This document shows positions 9,410-19,230 of a stretch of DNA of 64,000 nt, one piece after another. Both the position numbers and the translations under genes were made by a program. A model generated the notes under the pieces. The model was given only the letters and a program-made list of their open reading frames with translations. It ran no database searches and was not told where the DNA came from. Each line of letters begins with the position of its first letter. Positions within the stretch are counted from its first letter, which is position 1. Origin of the DNA: Myxococcales bacterium (GTDB lineage Bacteria; Myxococcota_A; Polyangia; Palsa-1104; JAEUJZ01); assembly GCA_016794505.1 (NCBI GenBank), contig JAEUJZ010000049.1, forward strand, positions 136-64,135, written 5' to 3'.

Positions 9410-10314
9410 GCGGCCTCCTTCGCGGGGACTGTGGCAATGTTTTCTGGCTCGTGAATAAACAGCGAGCGCGCCTCGCCATAGACTTCAGCGCGACGTCGCG
9501 CAATGTACGCATCGAGCACGCCCGCTGCATGCAGTTGGCTTAAGTGAGCGGCCAAGACGCGCGCTTCTTCGGCAGCGGCTTGCGCGTGCGAGTGCGCGAT
9601 GGCGACACCGCGCTCGGCTGCGAGCAGCTTCTGCTGGTTGTCTGCTTCGGCTCGCGCATGCAGGGCATCGGCTTCTGCGTGCGCATTGATGACGGCATTC
9701 AGGGCATCGGCCAGCTCATCTGGGGGCAGGATGTCCGTTAGATCGACGGCGTGGAAGCGCACACCATAGTGTTCGCCGATGCGCTCGCGCACGAAGCGCT
9801 CAATACGGCTGTGCAGGCGCTGACGATCGCGGCGCAAAAGAGCATAGGAGCCAACCTCTGGCGTGGCCTCTTCTCCCTCGGGCCGGAAGTTGGCGATCTC
9901 GTTGCGCAGCAGGCAGGCGAACAAGCCCGTGATGTGCTCCATCGGAGCGCGTAGCTCAAACAAGTAGTCGTACAAGCGCTCGCGCAGCGGCGAAAAACGC
10001 AGGTTCGAGTCGAAGCGCAGCAGCGTCCCGTCCTCGGTCATGGCCGTCAGGCCGCGATGGTCACCGGACAGATCGAGATTCTGTTCCATCATCGACACCA
10101 AGTGGACGTAGTGCCATGGCGCTTTGCGGTTCAAGCCGGGCGAATAGATGCGCAGCGCCCGCTTGTCGGGACCGTCCGCCAGTGCCCGGCCAAAGCTGGA
10201 CAGCACCGCAAGGTGGCCTTCGGGGACGCGAAAGAAGCAGCGCGACAGCAGCACCAGGGCCAGGACACCTAGGCCGCAAAAGAACCCCCAGGTTGCATAG
10301 AGATTGCTCAACAC
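9406..10314 (-). CDS. SPFH/band-7 (HflK-like) membrane protein
   Basis: N-terminal TM plus SPFH domain; forms an operon with 8498-9409. Confidence 0.7.
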   Translation of the reverse strand: MLSNLYATWGFFCGLGVLALVLLSRCFFRVPEGHLAVLSSFGRALADGPDKRALRIYSPGLNRKAPWHYVHLVSMMEQNLDLSGDHRGLTAMTEDGTLLRFDSNLRFSPLRERLYDYLFELRAPMEHITGLFACLLRNEIANFRPEGEEATPEVGSYALLRRDRQRLHSRIERFVRERIGEHYGVRFHAVDLTDILPPDELADALNAVINAHAEADALHARAEADNQQKLLAAERGVAIAHSHAQAAAEEARVLAAHLSQLHAAGVLDAYIARRRAEVYGEARSLFIHEPENIATVPAKEAA

Positions 10315-10341
10315 GATTCGTTCCTTTCTGCGTCTGTGGTT

Positions 10342-12561
10342 CTAGAAGCGGGCGACATGGGCCCTAGACGCCGCCGCGGTATGGGCGCGCACTGGATCAT
10401 CGTCGGTGATCAGGCTGCCACGATGGATGTGGGCGCGATACGCTGCGGCCAGGCCGCGGTTGACTTCGACGACGTCTTCGTTGAACTCGATCTGCTTTTC
10501 GTTGATCAGTGGCAGCGTTTTGACCGCGTCTTGCGTGTCGATGATGCGGCCGTGCGGGACGAAGCGCCCTTCGGGGAGCTCGACGCCAACAACCACCGCG
10601 CCGATGCCGATAAAGCAGCGGCTGCCGATAATTGAGTCATGCACGACGGCCTTGAATCCAACGAACGTCTCGTCACCGATATAGCAGGGGCCATGGACAA
10701 GCGCGTCGTGCGCAATGGACACATTGCGGCCGATGAAGATGGCCCAGCGTTCGTTGCCGACGTAGACGTATTTGTCTTTCAGCGCGTGCAGGACGACGCC
10801 GTCTTGGATGTTGGTGTTGTCACCGATAAAAAACGGCGAGCCTTCATCGGCGCGCACCGACGATCCAGCGGCAAGATGCACATGATCGCCGAGCACGACA
10901 CGTCCAATCAGCACGGCTTGGTGATGCACGAACGCCGATCTCGCCATGATGGCCCGCCCGCGGATGTTCGACAGCCACTTCTGCCGCTCGGGGGGCGACT
11001 CGTAGTGACCGGAGTGCCGAGTGTGCTGCGTTTCTTCACGGTGCAGCGTGGCGCGAATGCCTCCGGCGCGCTGTTTTTCAAGCTGCTCGGCCACGGATTT
11101 TTCTCCGCGATGCAGATAGGCATGCACCGCATGCAGCGCGATGCCACCGATGAGGCCCCACATCAAGTGACCCGTGACTGTGCCCACGGCGGCAGCCAGA
11201 AATGCAAGCGCCTCGATGCGGCTCTCGTGATACAGCTTGACCAGCGTGCCGACCTCGATCAGGCGGCCACCGACGACGCACAGCAGCCCAGCCAAGGCCG
11301 CCAGCGGAATCTGCGCAATGTACTTGCTGCCGTACAGCATCGCGACAAGCAGCGCCAGCGCATGAACCAAGGCAGAAAGCCGACTGCGACCTCCCGACTG
11401 CACGTTGACGCCCGAGCGCACGATGACGCCTGTGACCGGCATGCCAGAAAACAGGCCCGAGCCCAGGTTGGCCAAGCCCTGACCGAAGAGCTCTAGGTTC
11501 GGGTCGTGATGCGAGCCGTCGCCTTTCATGCGATCGATGGCGCTCGCCGATAGCAGCGACTCGACCGAGGCCAACAGAGCCAGAGGTACGGCGCGGACGA
11601 ACAAGTCGAGCCACTTTTCATCCGGTTCGACGGGCAGCTTGGGCATCGGCAGCGACGATGGAATGGCACCGACTCGCTCGATGTTCCAGCCCAGGTATAC
11701 GGCGACGAAGGTCGCGACGATGACGCCGACCAGCGCCGCTGGAAAGCGCTTGAATCGCGACATGCCGATGGTGAACAGCGCCACCATCAGGCCGCAGACG
11801 ACGGCCAGCCAGACCACGTGATGCAGCCACAGAGGCTGATGCATCATCTTGGCCAGCTCAGACACTTTGTAGTCAAAGCCCAGAAGCTCGGGAATTTGCG
11901 TGTCGAGCAGCTTGAGGCCGACTCCGGTCGTGAAGCCCGCGAGTACGGACTCGGGCACTAGCTTGCCGTAACGACCGGCCATGGCGAAGCCCAAGATCAG
12001 CTGCAGAGCACCGATCATCAGAGCGACGGTGGCTACGCCTTCGGCGCCAAAGTCGGCGGTGATTGCGGCCACCATGACTTGCAGCGCCGCGGCCGGGCCG
12101 GTCACTTGCAATGGGGCGCCGCCAAAGATCGACGCCAGTGCGCCACCGATGGCCCCCGCCAAGAGCCCGGCACTCGGCGGTAGACCGCAGGCGACAGCCA
12201 GCGCCACGTTCAGTGGCAGCGCCACCGCCGCGACGGTCAGGCCAGCCAAGATATCCGACGGCAAGCCCTGACCCCGATGCACCGCGGCCCAGCTATTTAG
12301 CCAGTAGCGAGCGGCCGCCCGCACATCGCGGTGCCAGGCCTCGACGTACTCGCGCTGGTCGAAGGGACGGCCTATGCGCGCTGCTTTGCCTGGGGCGCCA
12401 CCTCGCGACGCGCTGGCTTTCGGGGGCGCCCGATACGGAACACCATGCTTTACAGGGGGCGCTGACGACGGGGGCATTGACGAGAGAGGCCGTGAAGATG
12501 CCGGAGCCTGCATGGCGCGCATTGTGCCGAACAAATGACGAAATCGTAATCCTTTCGTCAT
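10342..12561 (-). CDS. SulP-family anion (sulfate/bicarbonate) transporter fused to a C-terminal gamma-class carbonic anhydrase-like (left-handed beta-helix) domain; no STAS domain
   Basis: SulP TMD with LPSDILAGLTVAAVALP start motif; the C-terminal 200 aa match the gamma-CA family (IGDNTNIQDGVVLH, His ligands in VLHAL and SIAHDALVHG); single ORF with no intervening stop; start chosen at MTKGL, so the 112-aa upstream extension is rejected. Confidence 0.6.
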   Translation of the reverse strand: MTKGLRFRHLFGTMRAMQAPASSRPLSSMPPSSAPPVKHGVPYRAPPKASASRGGAPGKAARIGRPFDQREYVEAWHRDVRAAARYWLNSWAAVHRGQGLPSDILAGLTVAAVALPLNVALAVACGLPPSAGLLAGAIGGALASIFGGAPLQVTGPAAALQVMVAAITADFGAEGVATVALMIGALQLILGFAMAGRYGKLVPESVLAGFTTGVGLKLLDTQIPELLGFDYKVSELAKMMHQPLWLHHVVWLAVVCGLMVALFTIGMSRFKRFPAALVGVIVATFVAVYLGWNIERVGAIPSSLPMPKLPVEPDEKWLDLFVRAVPLALLASVESLLSASAIDRMKGDGSHHDPNLELFGQGLANLGSGLFSGMPVTGVIVRSGVNVQSGGRSRLSALVHALALLVAMLYGSKYIAQIPLAALAGLLCVVGGRLIEVGTLVKLYHESRIEALAFLAAAVGTVTGHLMWGLIGGIALHAVHAYLHRGEKSVAEQLEKQRAGGIRATLHREETQHTRHSGHYESPPERQKWLSNIRGRAIMARSAFVHHQAVLIGRVVLGDHVHLAAGSSVRADEGSPFFIGDNTNIQDGVVLHALKDKYVYVGNERWAIFIGRNVSIAHDALVHGPCYIGDETFVGFKAVVHDSIIGSRCFIGIGAVVVGVELPEGRFVPHGRIIDTQDAVKTLPLINEKQIEFNEDVVEVNRGLAAAYRAHIHRGSLITDDDPVRAHTAAASRAHVARF

Positions 12562-12700
12562 GTTGGCCGCGACACGCGCGCTCGGCCACTGCGGTGCGCC
12601 ATGACCGGATTCGTTCTTAGGGACTGCCTTTGATCTCGGCAGAGCAGAAAAAACTTCAAAAAATTTGCTCTGGTGATCCCTGCACGGCAGCATCTCTTGT

Positions 12701-13738
12701 GTGCCGATCTTTGCGCAATCCACCGAGCGCTCTCTGCGGGTATCTAGGCCTGTATTGGCCCCCGCGGCGGTTCCTGCCGATCCGTCGATATTTACCCCCA
12801 AGCTTACGCGGCAATCTTCGACCCGTCGACAGCCGGCTGTAGAGCCCGCGTTTGCCGGTATCGAGGCGCGGCCTTTCCTAAAGTGGGCGGGAGGCAAGCG
12901 ACAGCTCTTGCCGCAGCTTCTGTCGCGCGTGCCGGGGGCTTTCCGCCGCTACCACGAGCCATTTGTCGGTGGCGGGGCGCTGTTCTTCGCGCTACAAGCC
13001 CGGCAGCAGCTGCCGCAGGGGGCGCGGCTTTCGGATATCAACCCCGAGCTGGTGAATGCCTATCAGGTCGTCCGCGATCGCGTCGAGACCTTGATTGTTC
13101 TACTTGGTGCATTTCGCAATGAAGAGGATTTCTATTACGAAATCCGCGCGCAAGATCCCCAGACCTTAGATCCGGTACAGCGAGCCGCTCGTCTGCTTTA
13201 TCTAAACCGGACCTGTTTCAATGGTCTGTTTCGGGAAAACCGCGATGGCCGCTTCAATGTGCCGTTTGGGCGCTATCGCAATCTGCAGATCCTGCGAGAG
13301 AACGATCTGCGCGCCGCCAGCCGGGCCCTGCGCGGCATCTGCATCGAGCAGTCTTCGTTCGACGCGCTGGCCGACTGCGTCGAGCCGGGCGACTTCGTGT
13401 ACTTCGACCCGCCCTATGCGCCGCTGTCGCGTACGGCTTCGTTCACGTCGTACAGTCGAGGCGGCTTCGACGATGAGGCGCAGCGACGCCTGGGGGCGCT
13501 GGTGCGTGCGCTTTCGGCTCGCGGCGTTCACGTGCTTTTGTCGAACTCGTCGGCGCCGCTCATCTTCGACATCTATGACCACCCCGAGCACTTGGTCGAG
13601 CAGGTGCTGGCATCGCGCGCCATCAACAGCCGCGCCGACCGCCGCGGCAAAGTCCACGAAGTGCTGGTCGCCGCCGGCCCCCACGTCGACAGCCTGCGCC
13701 GCCGCCAAGCCTCCCAGCCGCTCTCGCTGTCTGCCTAG
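12701..13738 (+). CDS. Dam-family (D12 class) N6-adenine DNA methyltransferase, orphan
   Basis: RPFLKWAGGKRQLLPQL and DPPY motifs, collinear with E. coli Dam; no adjacent restriction endonuclease; GTG start, so the N-terminal extension is uncertain. Confidence 0.75.
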   Translation: MPIFAQSTERSLRVSRPVLAPAAVPADPSIFTPKLTRQSSTRRQPAVEPAFAGIEARPFLKWAGGKRQLLPQLLSRVPGAFRRYHEPFVGGGALFFALQARQQLPQGARLSDINPELVNAYQVVRDRVETLIVLLGAFRNEEDFYYEIRAQDPQTLDPVQRAARLLYLNRTCFNGLFRENRDGRFNVPFGRYRNLQILRENDLRAASRALRGICIEQSSFDALADCVEPGDFVYFDPPYAPLSRTASFTSYSRGGFDDEAQRRLGALVRALSARGVHVLLSNSSAPLIFDIYDHPEHLVEQVLASRAINSRADRRGKVHEVLVAAGPHVDSLRRRQASQPLSLSA

Positions 13739-14098
13739 CCAGCAGTTGGGCGGTCGCCCGCTGCAGCCTCGTTTCATGCTTTCTGTCACAGCTCCCAACG
13801 GCCATGACTGTCAGCCGAGCAAGGCGTGCGCCACGCAGTGTGGTGTGATAGCGCGCAGACCTTGCTGGCGCTGCGGGTCGGCCAGGCGATGTGCGGCACC
13901 GTCGCAACGGCGAGTCGGAGCAGCTTTCTTTGCGCGATCGCAGTCGATGCATGAGCGGCTGCGCGGGTCGAACGAACGCACTCGTGGGTTGAGCGGCCGC
14001 GTCGGCTTTCCACGGACTCCGACCGCCGGCTCGACGTCGCTCCTTCGTAGACTTGGCTTGCCGAGACGCGAATCCTGCTGCGAAGGTTATCGGAAGCG

Positions 14099-14125
14099 GA
14101 AGGTGTTTAATTTAAAAACACCTTC
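14099..14125. terminator. AT-rich perfect hairpin between the convergent Dam and C39-like genes (candidate bidirectional terminator)
   Basis: 10-bp stem gaaggtgttt/aaacaccttc with the 7-nt loop aatttaa; lies 3' of the minus-strand gene ending at 14167. Confidence 0.4.
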
Positions 14126-14166
14126 TTAGCCAGATCCGACTCATCTACGCTGGAAAATGGACCCAA

Positions 14167-15357
14167 TTATGCAGAATAGCCCTTGCGTGCAATCAGATCC
14201 GCGAGCTGATCAACGCCGAGCCAATATTGCGATTCGAAACCGGGGCGGTAATTGAACTTGGCAGGATCTGCGATAAGTGCAGCTTGCTCACTCTTATCGT
14301 ATCCGATGATACTTACATAGTGATAAATTGTCTCATCATCGGGATAGCCAGGAGGATTGGTATCGCCCGGCGGCGCAACAATATTGGCAACGATCGGATA
14401 GTTGTTATCGATGTCGGTGACGATGTCTTTCCACAAAAGATCGCGCTCTTCATCAGTCGCCGTTGCACCGGGAATGACCTTGTTTTCGTAATAACCAGTG
14501 CCCAGCCGTTCGTTTAGAGCCGACGTAATCAGGCCAATATGGGCTGTACCGACGACGTCGTTGGTGCCCAGCTGGTCGGCTAGCTCGCCCTGCGTCGGTG
14601 GGTTGTCCATCCGGGCCGACAGCGCAATTCGCGTCGAGGCCGGCCCGCACCAGTGACCCCATTCTTGCTGCTGGAAGTCGACATCGAGAATCTTGCGGTC
14701 CTCTTCGGTTGCTTCGGGACCACCGCCTCCCGTCTGCGGCATCGGAGCCCGTGCGGGCGGCGCGCCCCCACCCAGAGCGGGAGCAAAGTGCGAGACCTTG
14801 TGCCCCGCAGAGGCCTCCATTCCCGCCGTCGCAGCCGCCACTTTCTTCAGCAGATCGGCCTTCTTGCCATCGGGAGCCGCCTGGACCGCCGCCGCAAGGT
14901 TTTCCTTCAGAGCCGCTTTCTGTTCGGACGGGGCGTCCGGTCCCGTGGCCTTCGCTGCCCTCTTCGCCGCGATCGCGACTTTCTGGTCGGGAGGTGCCGC
15001 CTTTCCGAGCGTCTTGGCGGCCATCTTGGCGGCGAGCTCGACCTTTTGTGGATCGGGCGCAGTCTTGGACGCAGGTGCCCCACCGGGAGCCGCCCCAGCC
15101 TTCTGGGCGAGTGCTGGTTCCAGCTTGGCCAGCGCCTGAGGAGCCGCCTTGGCTGCACCGCCAGCATCGGTCATATGACCAAACAAGCTGGACAGAGCTT
15201 GGCTCGTCTTGGCCTGGGCCACAGGCTCGGCGACGGGTGCCGGAACGGCTGCGGACACAGGCGCGGCGGCCGATGGCGCAACCGACTTTGGAGCGGCACT
15301 GGACGGTGGGCTGGTCGGATGTACAGCAGCCTTCTTGAGCGCACCATCGAACGACAT
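14167..15357 (-). CDS. protein with Ala/Pro-rich low-complexity N-terminal half and C-terminal papain-fold cysteine peptidase domain (Peptidase_C39-like)
   Basis: Gln...WCGPAS...HYVSIIGYD arrangement (Gln/Cys/His); the C-terminal domain DNA (14167-14700) is clearly lower GC than the N-terminal-half DNA. Confidence 0.55.
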   Translation of the reverse strand: MSFDGALKKAAVHPTSPPSSAAPKSVAPSAAAPVSAAVPAPVAEPVAQAKTSQALSSLFGHMTDAGGAAKAAPQALAKLEPALAQKAGAAPGGAPASKTAPDPQKVELAAKMAAKTLGKAAPPDQKVAIAAKRAAKATGPDAPSEQKAALKENLAAAVQAAPDGKKADLLKKVAAATAGMEASAGHKVSHFAPALGGGAPPARAPMPQTGGGGPEATEEDRKILDVDFQQQEWGHWCGPASTRIALSARMDNPPTQGELADQLGTNDVVGTAHIGLITSALNERLGTGYYENKVIPGATATDEERDLLWKDIVTDIDNNYPIVANIVAPPGDTNPPGYPDDETIYHYVSIIGYDKSEQAALIADPAKFNYRPGFESQYWLGVDQLADLIARKGYSA

Positions 15358-15688
15358 GGAACAGTCCCCCGAAATGCTCGCAGCACAGCGAAATACTAAT
15401 AGTATCGCTGACTCAGCATTTCAGTTGCGCGGCTTTTTTCCGGTGATGTTCCCCCTACAGCGCGGCCCTTATCGCACTGGTTACCTCGATAGTCGTCTAC
15501 TGGTTCAATCCTATGTGCTCGGATATGGAGTCAGCGCCGAGCCCGCTGCACGGGTGACAAGCTACCTGTGCGCCGTGTTTTTCGGCGTGCTTCCGTTTGC
15601 GGCCTGGATGGTGCGATTGCGCGTTAGGCGCAACGCAGCGCTGCTCCGCTTGGCACATGCCGAGCGCGTCAGACCGCGACCGCGTGGG

Positions 15689-16612
15689 TCATGGCTTGGG
15701 GTGGGCCATTAGGAAGTCGTAGATGGAACCGGGCCACTGGGCGTTGAAGGCAGGAATGTGGCCGCCTCCTTCGAGGGTCCACAGCTCGACGGCCCCATCG
15801 CTGGCGCAGCCGGAATAGGACTCGACCTTGGTTTCCGCACCAGCCAGAGTGGACTCGATGTCGAGTCGGACGCCGTTCGTTGTGAGGGGGCCAAGGCAGG
15901 CGTTGCGGTTGGCCCAGATAGCGACGGTCTGGCGTGCCCCCGGTGTGAGCGGAGTGCCGTCATAGGCAACGTTGGTGTCGGCGGTGCCGTGGACTTGCAG
16001 CACCGAGACTTTGCCGACGGGACGACACTTGCTGGAATCAATCCACTGGCCACCGGCCAAGCTCACGATGCCAGCAATTTTCGCACTGCGATCACAGGCC
16101 ATGCGATGCGCCATGTAGCCGCCATTGGAGTGCCCCACGAGGAAGACCCGCTGGGGGTCGACCGTGTACCGGCTGGATAGGTCATCAATGACCGCGGTCA
16201 AGTAAGCAACGTCGTCGACCTTGCTACCAAAGAAATCGCAGCAGCCATCGGTGGCATTCCAAAAGCGCACGCCGACGGGGTCTTTGGTTCCATCCGGGTA
16301 GGCGTAGAGAAACGTGCGGGCATCGGCCAGCGGAGCCAGGTGCAGGACCAGCTCATTGAGCTCACCGCTGGCTGACAGACCGTGCAGCATCACGACAAGC
16401 GGAGTCGGTTTCTTGGCATCATAGCCCTTCGGTACTTTGTGCTTGTACGGGCGTGCCATGATCAGCGCGGCGGCTTCGGGGGACAAAGAAGCCGCTGCGG
16501 GCGGACTGCTGCCGGACGACGCTTGGCCGTCGCAAGCAGACAGACCGACAGCGAGTCCAGCCAACAACAGAGACAGTGGTGCCGCTCGGCGCATGAAGAC
16601 CCCTTTGCTCAA
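15689..16612 (-). CDS. lipoprotein alpha/beta-hydrolase (PHB-depolymerase/esterase family)
   Basis: signal peptide with lipobox LSAC; GHSNGG nucleophile elbow; VMLHG motif. Confidence 0.65.
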   Translation of the reverse strand: MSKGVFMRRAAPLSLLLAGLAVGLSACDGQASSGSSPPAAASLSPEAAALIMARPYKHKVPKGYDAKKPTPLVVMLHGLSASGELNELVLHLAPLADARTFLYAYPDGTKDPVGVRFWNATDGCCDFFGSKVDDVAYLTAVIDDLSSRYTVDPQRVFLVGHSNGGYMAHRMACDRSAKIAGIVSLAGGQWIDSSKCRPVGKVSVLQVHGTADTNVAYDGTPLTPGARQTVAIWANRNACLGPLTTNGVRLDIESTLAGAETKVESYSGCASDGAVELWTLEGGGHIPAFNAQWPGSIYDFLMAHPKP

Positions 16613-16710
16613 GCCATACTACAAAGAAAGCCTGGGCGTCTCGGGCAGTGCTACAAGCGGGTCGTGTTGTCTCTTTTGGCATGCTGCGCCTCTAGAGACA
16701 CTCCATCCGT

Positions 16711-17616
16711 CTAGCGGCTAGGCAGAGCCGGCTCGGTCTGTGCAGCCAATCGAGCGCCGCCGGCCCGCCCGCCTGAGCTGCTCGTCGCCTCGATTACCTG
16801 CACCAGCTTTGCCCACGTGCGGCCGCATGCGTCCAGTCGATCGCCGAAGTCGGCTGGGTTGAGCACGGTGGCCGTGATGAAACCGCAGTCATGCAGCGCA
16901 GCAGCGACGTCCTGCGAAGTTCCAACGTGAATATGCACGCGGCTGCGCACGAAGATCGAAAGCAGCAGCAAAAAGGCGTCCGTCATCGGCCCGTGGTTCG
17001 CGCTGTTTGTGTGGATGTCGGCAAGGTAGAGCCCATGCGGGAAGCCAGCGAGTGCGTGCGCGAAGCGGTCCCACATGCCGAGCACGTCGTCGCGGCCGAA
17101 ATAGTTGAGCAGGCCCTCGGTGACAATCGCAACGCCACGGGACGGATCGAGCGTCTTTACGAGCTCCGCCAGCGAGTCAGGTCCGTGGTCGGCCAAGGCA
17201 TTGACCGTCGTCACCCGGTGGTTGAGCGGTGTCGCGCCGAGCAGCTGGCGCTTGTGCGTGGCCATGCCCTGCAGGTCGGCCTCGATGTACGTGACGCGGT
17301 CACCGTACTTGCGGGTGATGCGCAGGCCACGTGGCGAGAGTCCGGCGGCGATCTCGATCACCTGCGATACCCGGCCAGCCTCAATGGCGTCGGTAAGGCG
17401 CAGGTCGATGAGTTCGTGGCGCGCCAGCAGAAAGTCCTCCAGCGTCGGGCCGCCTACCCACCTTGACACCGCCATGGCCGGGGCCAGCAGGTGCCAGAGG
17501 GCGTTGCCCTGCGGCGTGCTCAGTCGCTCGTCGGACAGACCGTTGCGCAGCCACACCTGCGCTGTGTAGTGAGCGGTTGGGCTGATGGTGGCGCTGTTGC
17601 GCGCGGAATCGCTCAT
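16711..17616 (-). CDS. class I SAM-dependent O-methyltransferase (leucine carboxyl methyltransferase / TcmP-like family)
   Basis: VIEIAAGLSPRG SAM-binding region; overall LCM-family layout. Confidence 0.55.
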   Translation of the reverse strand: MSDSARNSATISPTAHYTAQVWLRNGLSDERLSTPQGNALWHLLAPAMAVSRWVGGPTLEDFLLARHELIDLRLTDAIEAGRVSQVIEIAAGLSPRGLRITRKYGDRVTYIEADLQGMATHKRQLLGATPLNHRVTTVNALADHGPDSLAELVKTLDPSRGVAIVTEGLLNYFGRDDVLGMWDRFAHALAGFPHGLYLADIHTNSANHGPMTDAFLLLLSIFVRSRVHIHVGTSQDVAAALHDCGFITATVLNPADFGDRLDACGRTWAKLVQVIEATSSSGGRAGGARLAAQTEPALPSR

Positions 17617-17890
17617 CGGGGAACTCCGGCATCGCGGAAAGACGGCCACCCATCCTACTCGATGACCGAATCGTGGCCGGCCAAAGCGGTCTCCGGCGCT
17701 GCTGGCCAGTCATGCAGCCAGACCCCAGGATGGAAGTGGCGCCATGAGCCACCGGATCGAGCCTGCTCGGCCTAACGACTGCACCGGCATCCTTTGGGTG
17801 TTGCGCCCAAGCAGTCTTTGCGCCCCCCTCCGAATCCTCCAAATCGGAGGCCCTAGTTTCTCCCTCACCGGAGCTGCGGGGCGTTTGCTG

Positions 17891-18820
17891 CTAGTCGACC
17901 GACGCTGCCCCCCGGCGGCAAAAGCACACCACCAGCGCGGAGTAGAGCAGCAGGAAGGCGAGCGGTATCGTCACGGCCATCCGCAAGCTGTGCGCCTGTC
18001 GCAGCTCGGCTTCGGTCGCGAAGACCTCGACCGTGCGCTTTGCTGCACCTTCCGCAATCGCAATCCCGGCGCTCTGACACTTCGCGATCGCCAAAGCCAG
18101 TCCGGGACCGCACTCGACCGGGCCCGATCCAGTCCATGCCTCACTCGACAGCACCCATGCTCCGTTTTTGCGGGGCGGCGCCTGCATGCTCCGGCAGTGA
18201 AAGCCAACCACCTGCTGCACGGCGGGGTCGAACAGCGGGGTCACGATCATGCGGGTGGTCGAGGCGGACTTGCCCGAGCCGCGCTGCAGGCGGGCCCATC
18301 CCTCCTGATGGCGCAGATGGCGCAGCTCGCCAACGCGCAAGGCGATGATGTCGCTGCGTGGATCCCAGTCCGAAAGAGAGGGCTGTTCGACGATCGCAGC
18401 GTTTGCTGCGACGAGGGCGCGGTGACCTTCCAGCGCCATGCCCAGCGACGCGATGAAGCCGATTAGACCAGCGCCCACGCCCGCACCACCAATGCGCGAC
18501 GCAGCCCACGCACTGCCGCCAAGAAATATACCCAGGGCACCCAGGATCAGGCCAACCCACGGCCTCGATAGCGCTCCGGCGAACCCGACAACCCAGCCCA
18601 GAATCACAAACAGCGCACCGATCGCCAGCGCGCGGCGCACCCAGGCAAACGGTGACAGTGCAGGCTGGCTCACGCGTTCGGCTGAGCTCCCTGCTGTGCG
18701 GGTCGGGCAGCTGGCCACAGCGTGGCCGCAAGATCGCGCGCAAGGAACGACACCCAGGATGCTTGAGACGCGTACGGGCCCACCAAATCCAGAGTGCATG
18801 CAAGGCGCCACTCTGCACAA
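17891..18820 (-). CDS. hypothetical integral membrane protein
   Basis: several predicted TM helices (ALAIGALFVILGWVVGFAGAL, LILGALGIFLGGSAWAA); long ORF, but GC-rich ORF artefacts are possible. Confidence 0.35.
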   Translation of the reverse strand: MCRVAPCMHSGFGGPVRVSSILGVVPCARSCGHAVASCPTRTAGSSAERVSQPALSPFAWVRRALAIGALFVILGWVVGFAGALSRPWVGLILGALGIFLGGSAWAASRIGGAGVGAGLIGFIASLGMALEGHRALVAANAAIVEQPSLSDWDPRSDIIALRVGELRHLRHQEGWARLQRGSGKSASTTRMIVTPLFDPAVQQVVGFHCRSMQAPPRKNGAWVLSSEAWTGSGPVECGPGLALAIAKCQSAGIAIAEGAAKRTVEVFATEAELRQAHSLRMAVTIPLAFLLLYSALVVCFCRRGAASVD

Positions 18821-19230
18821 GCCGCTCGCGCGAACCGTGGGCCAACGCGTCCGCTGGGCGAGTCGGTCCCGTGCGGACCAAGCGCCTCTACGGCAACCCG
18901 TTCTTCGCCACGCAGCTTCTGCGCACGCTTTACGAGGAGAAACAGATCTTCTTCGACGTCGACGCTAGCGCCTGGACGTGGAGCATCGAGAGCTGGAGCA
19001 AGCTGGCGCTCGCCGACAGCGTCGTCGAATTCATGTCGGGCCGGAGCAAGCTCTTGTCCGCGGACGCGCAGGAGGCGCTCAAGCTCGCGTCCTGCAGCGG
19101 ACACTCATTCAGTCAACGCTCGACGGCGGAAGTGTCCCGTTGACCACTCCGCTCCTCCGTCTTGCCGCTTGAGGTCCTGGCTCACGTTGGCAGCCCGCTG
19201 CTCGGACTCTGTCGGCGCAGGGCTGCAGGG

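Noticed and set aside
10342-12897. Full 851-aa ORF including a 112-aa N-terminal extension upstream of the SulP core
   Set aside because: The extension is Arg/Ala-rich with no transporter features and would overlap the divergent Dam promoter region. The internal Met at MTKGL gives a canonical SulP N-terminus.
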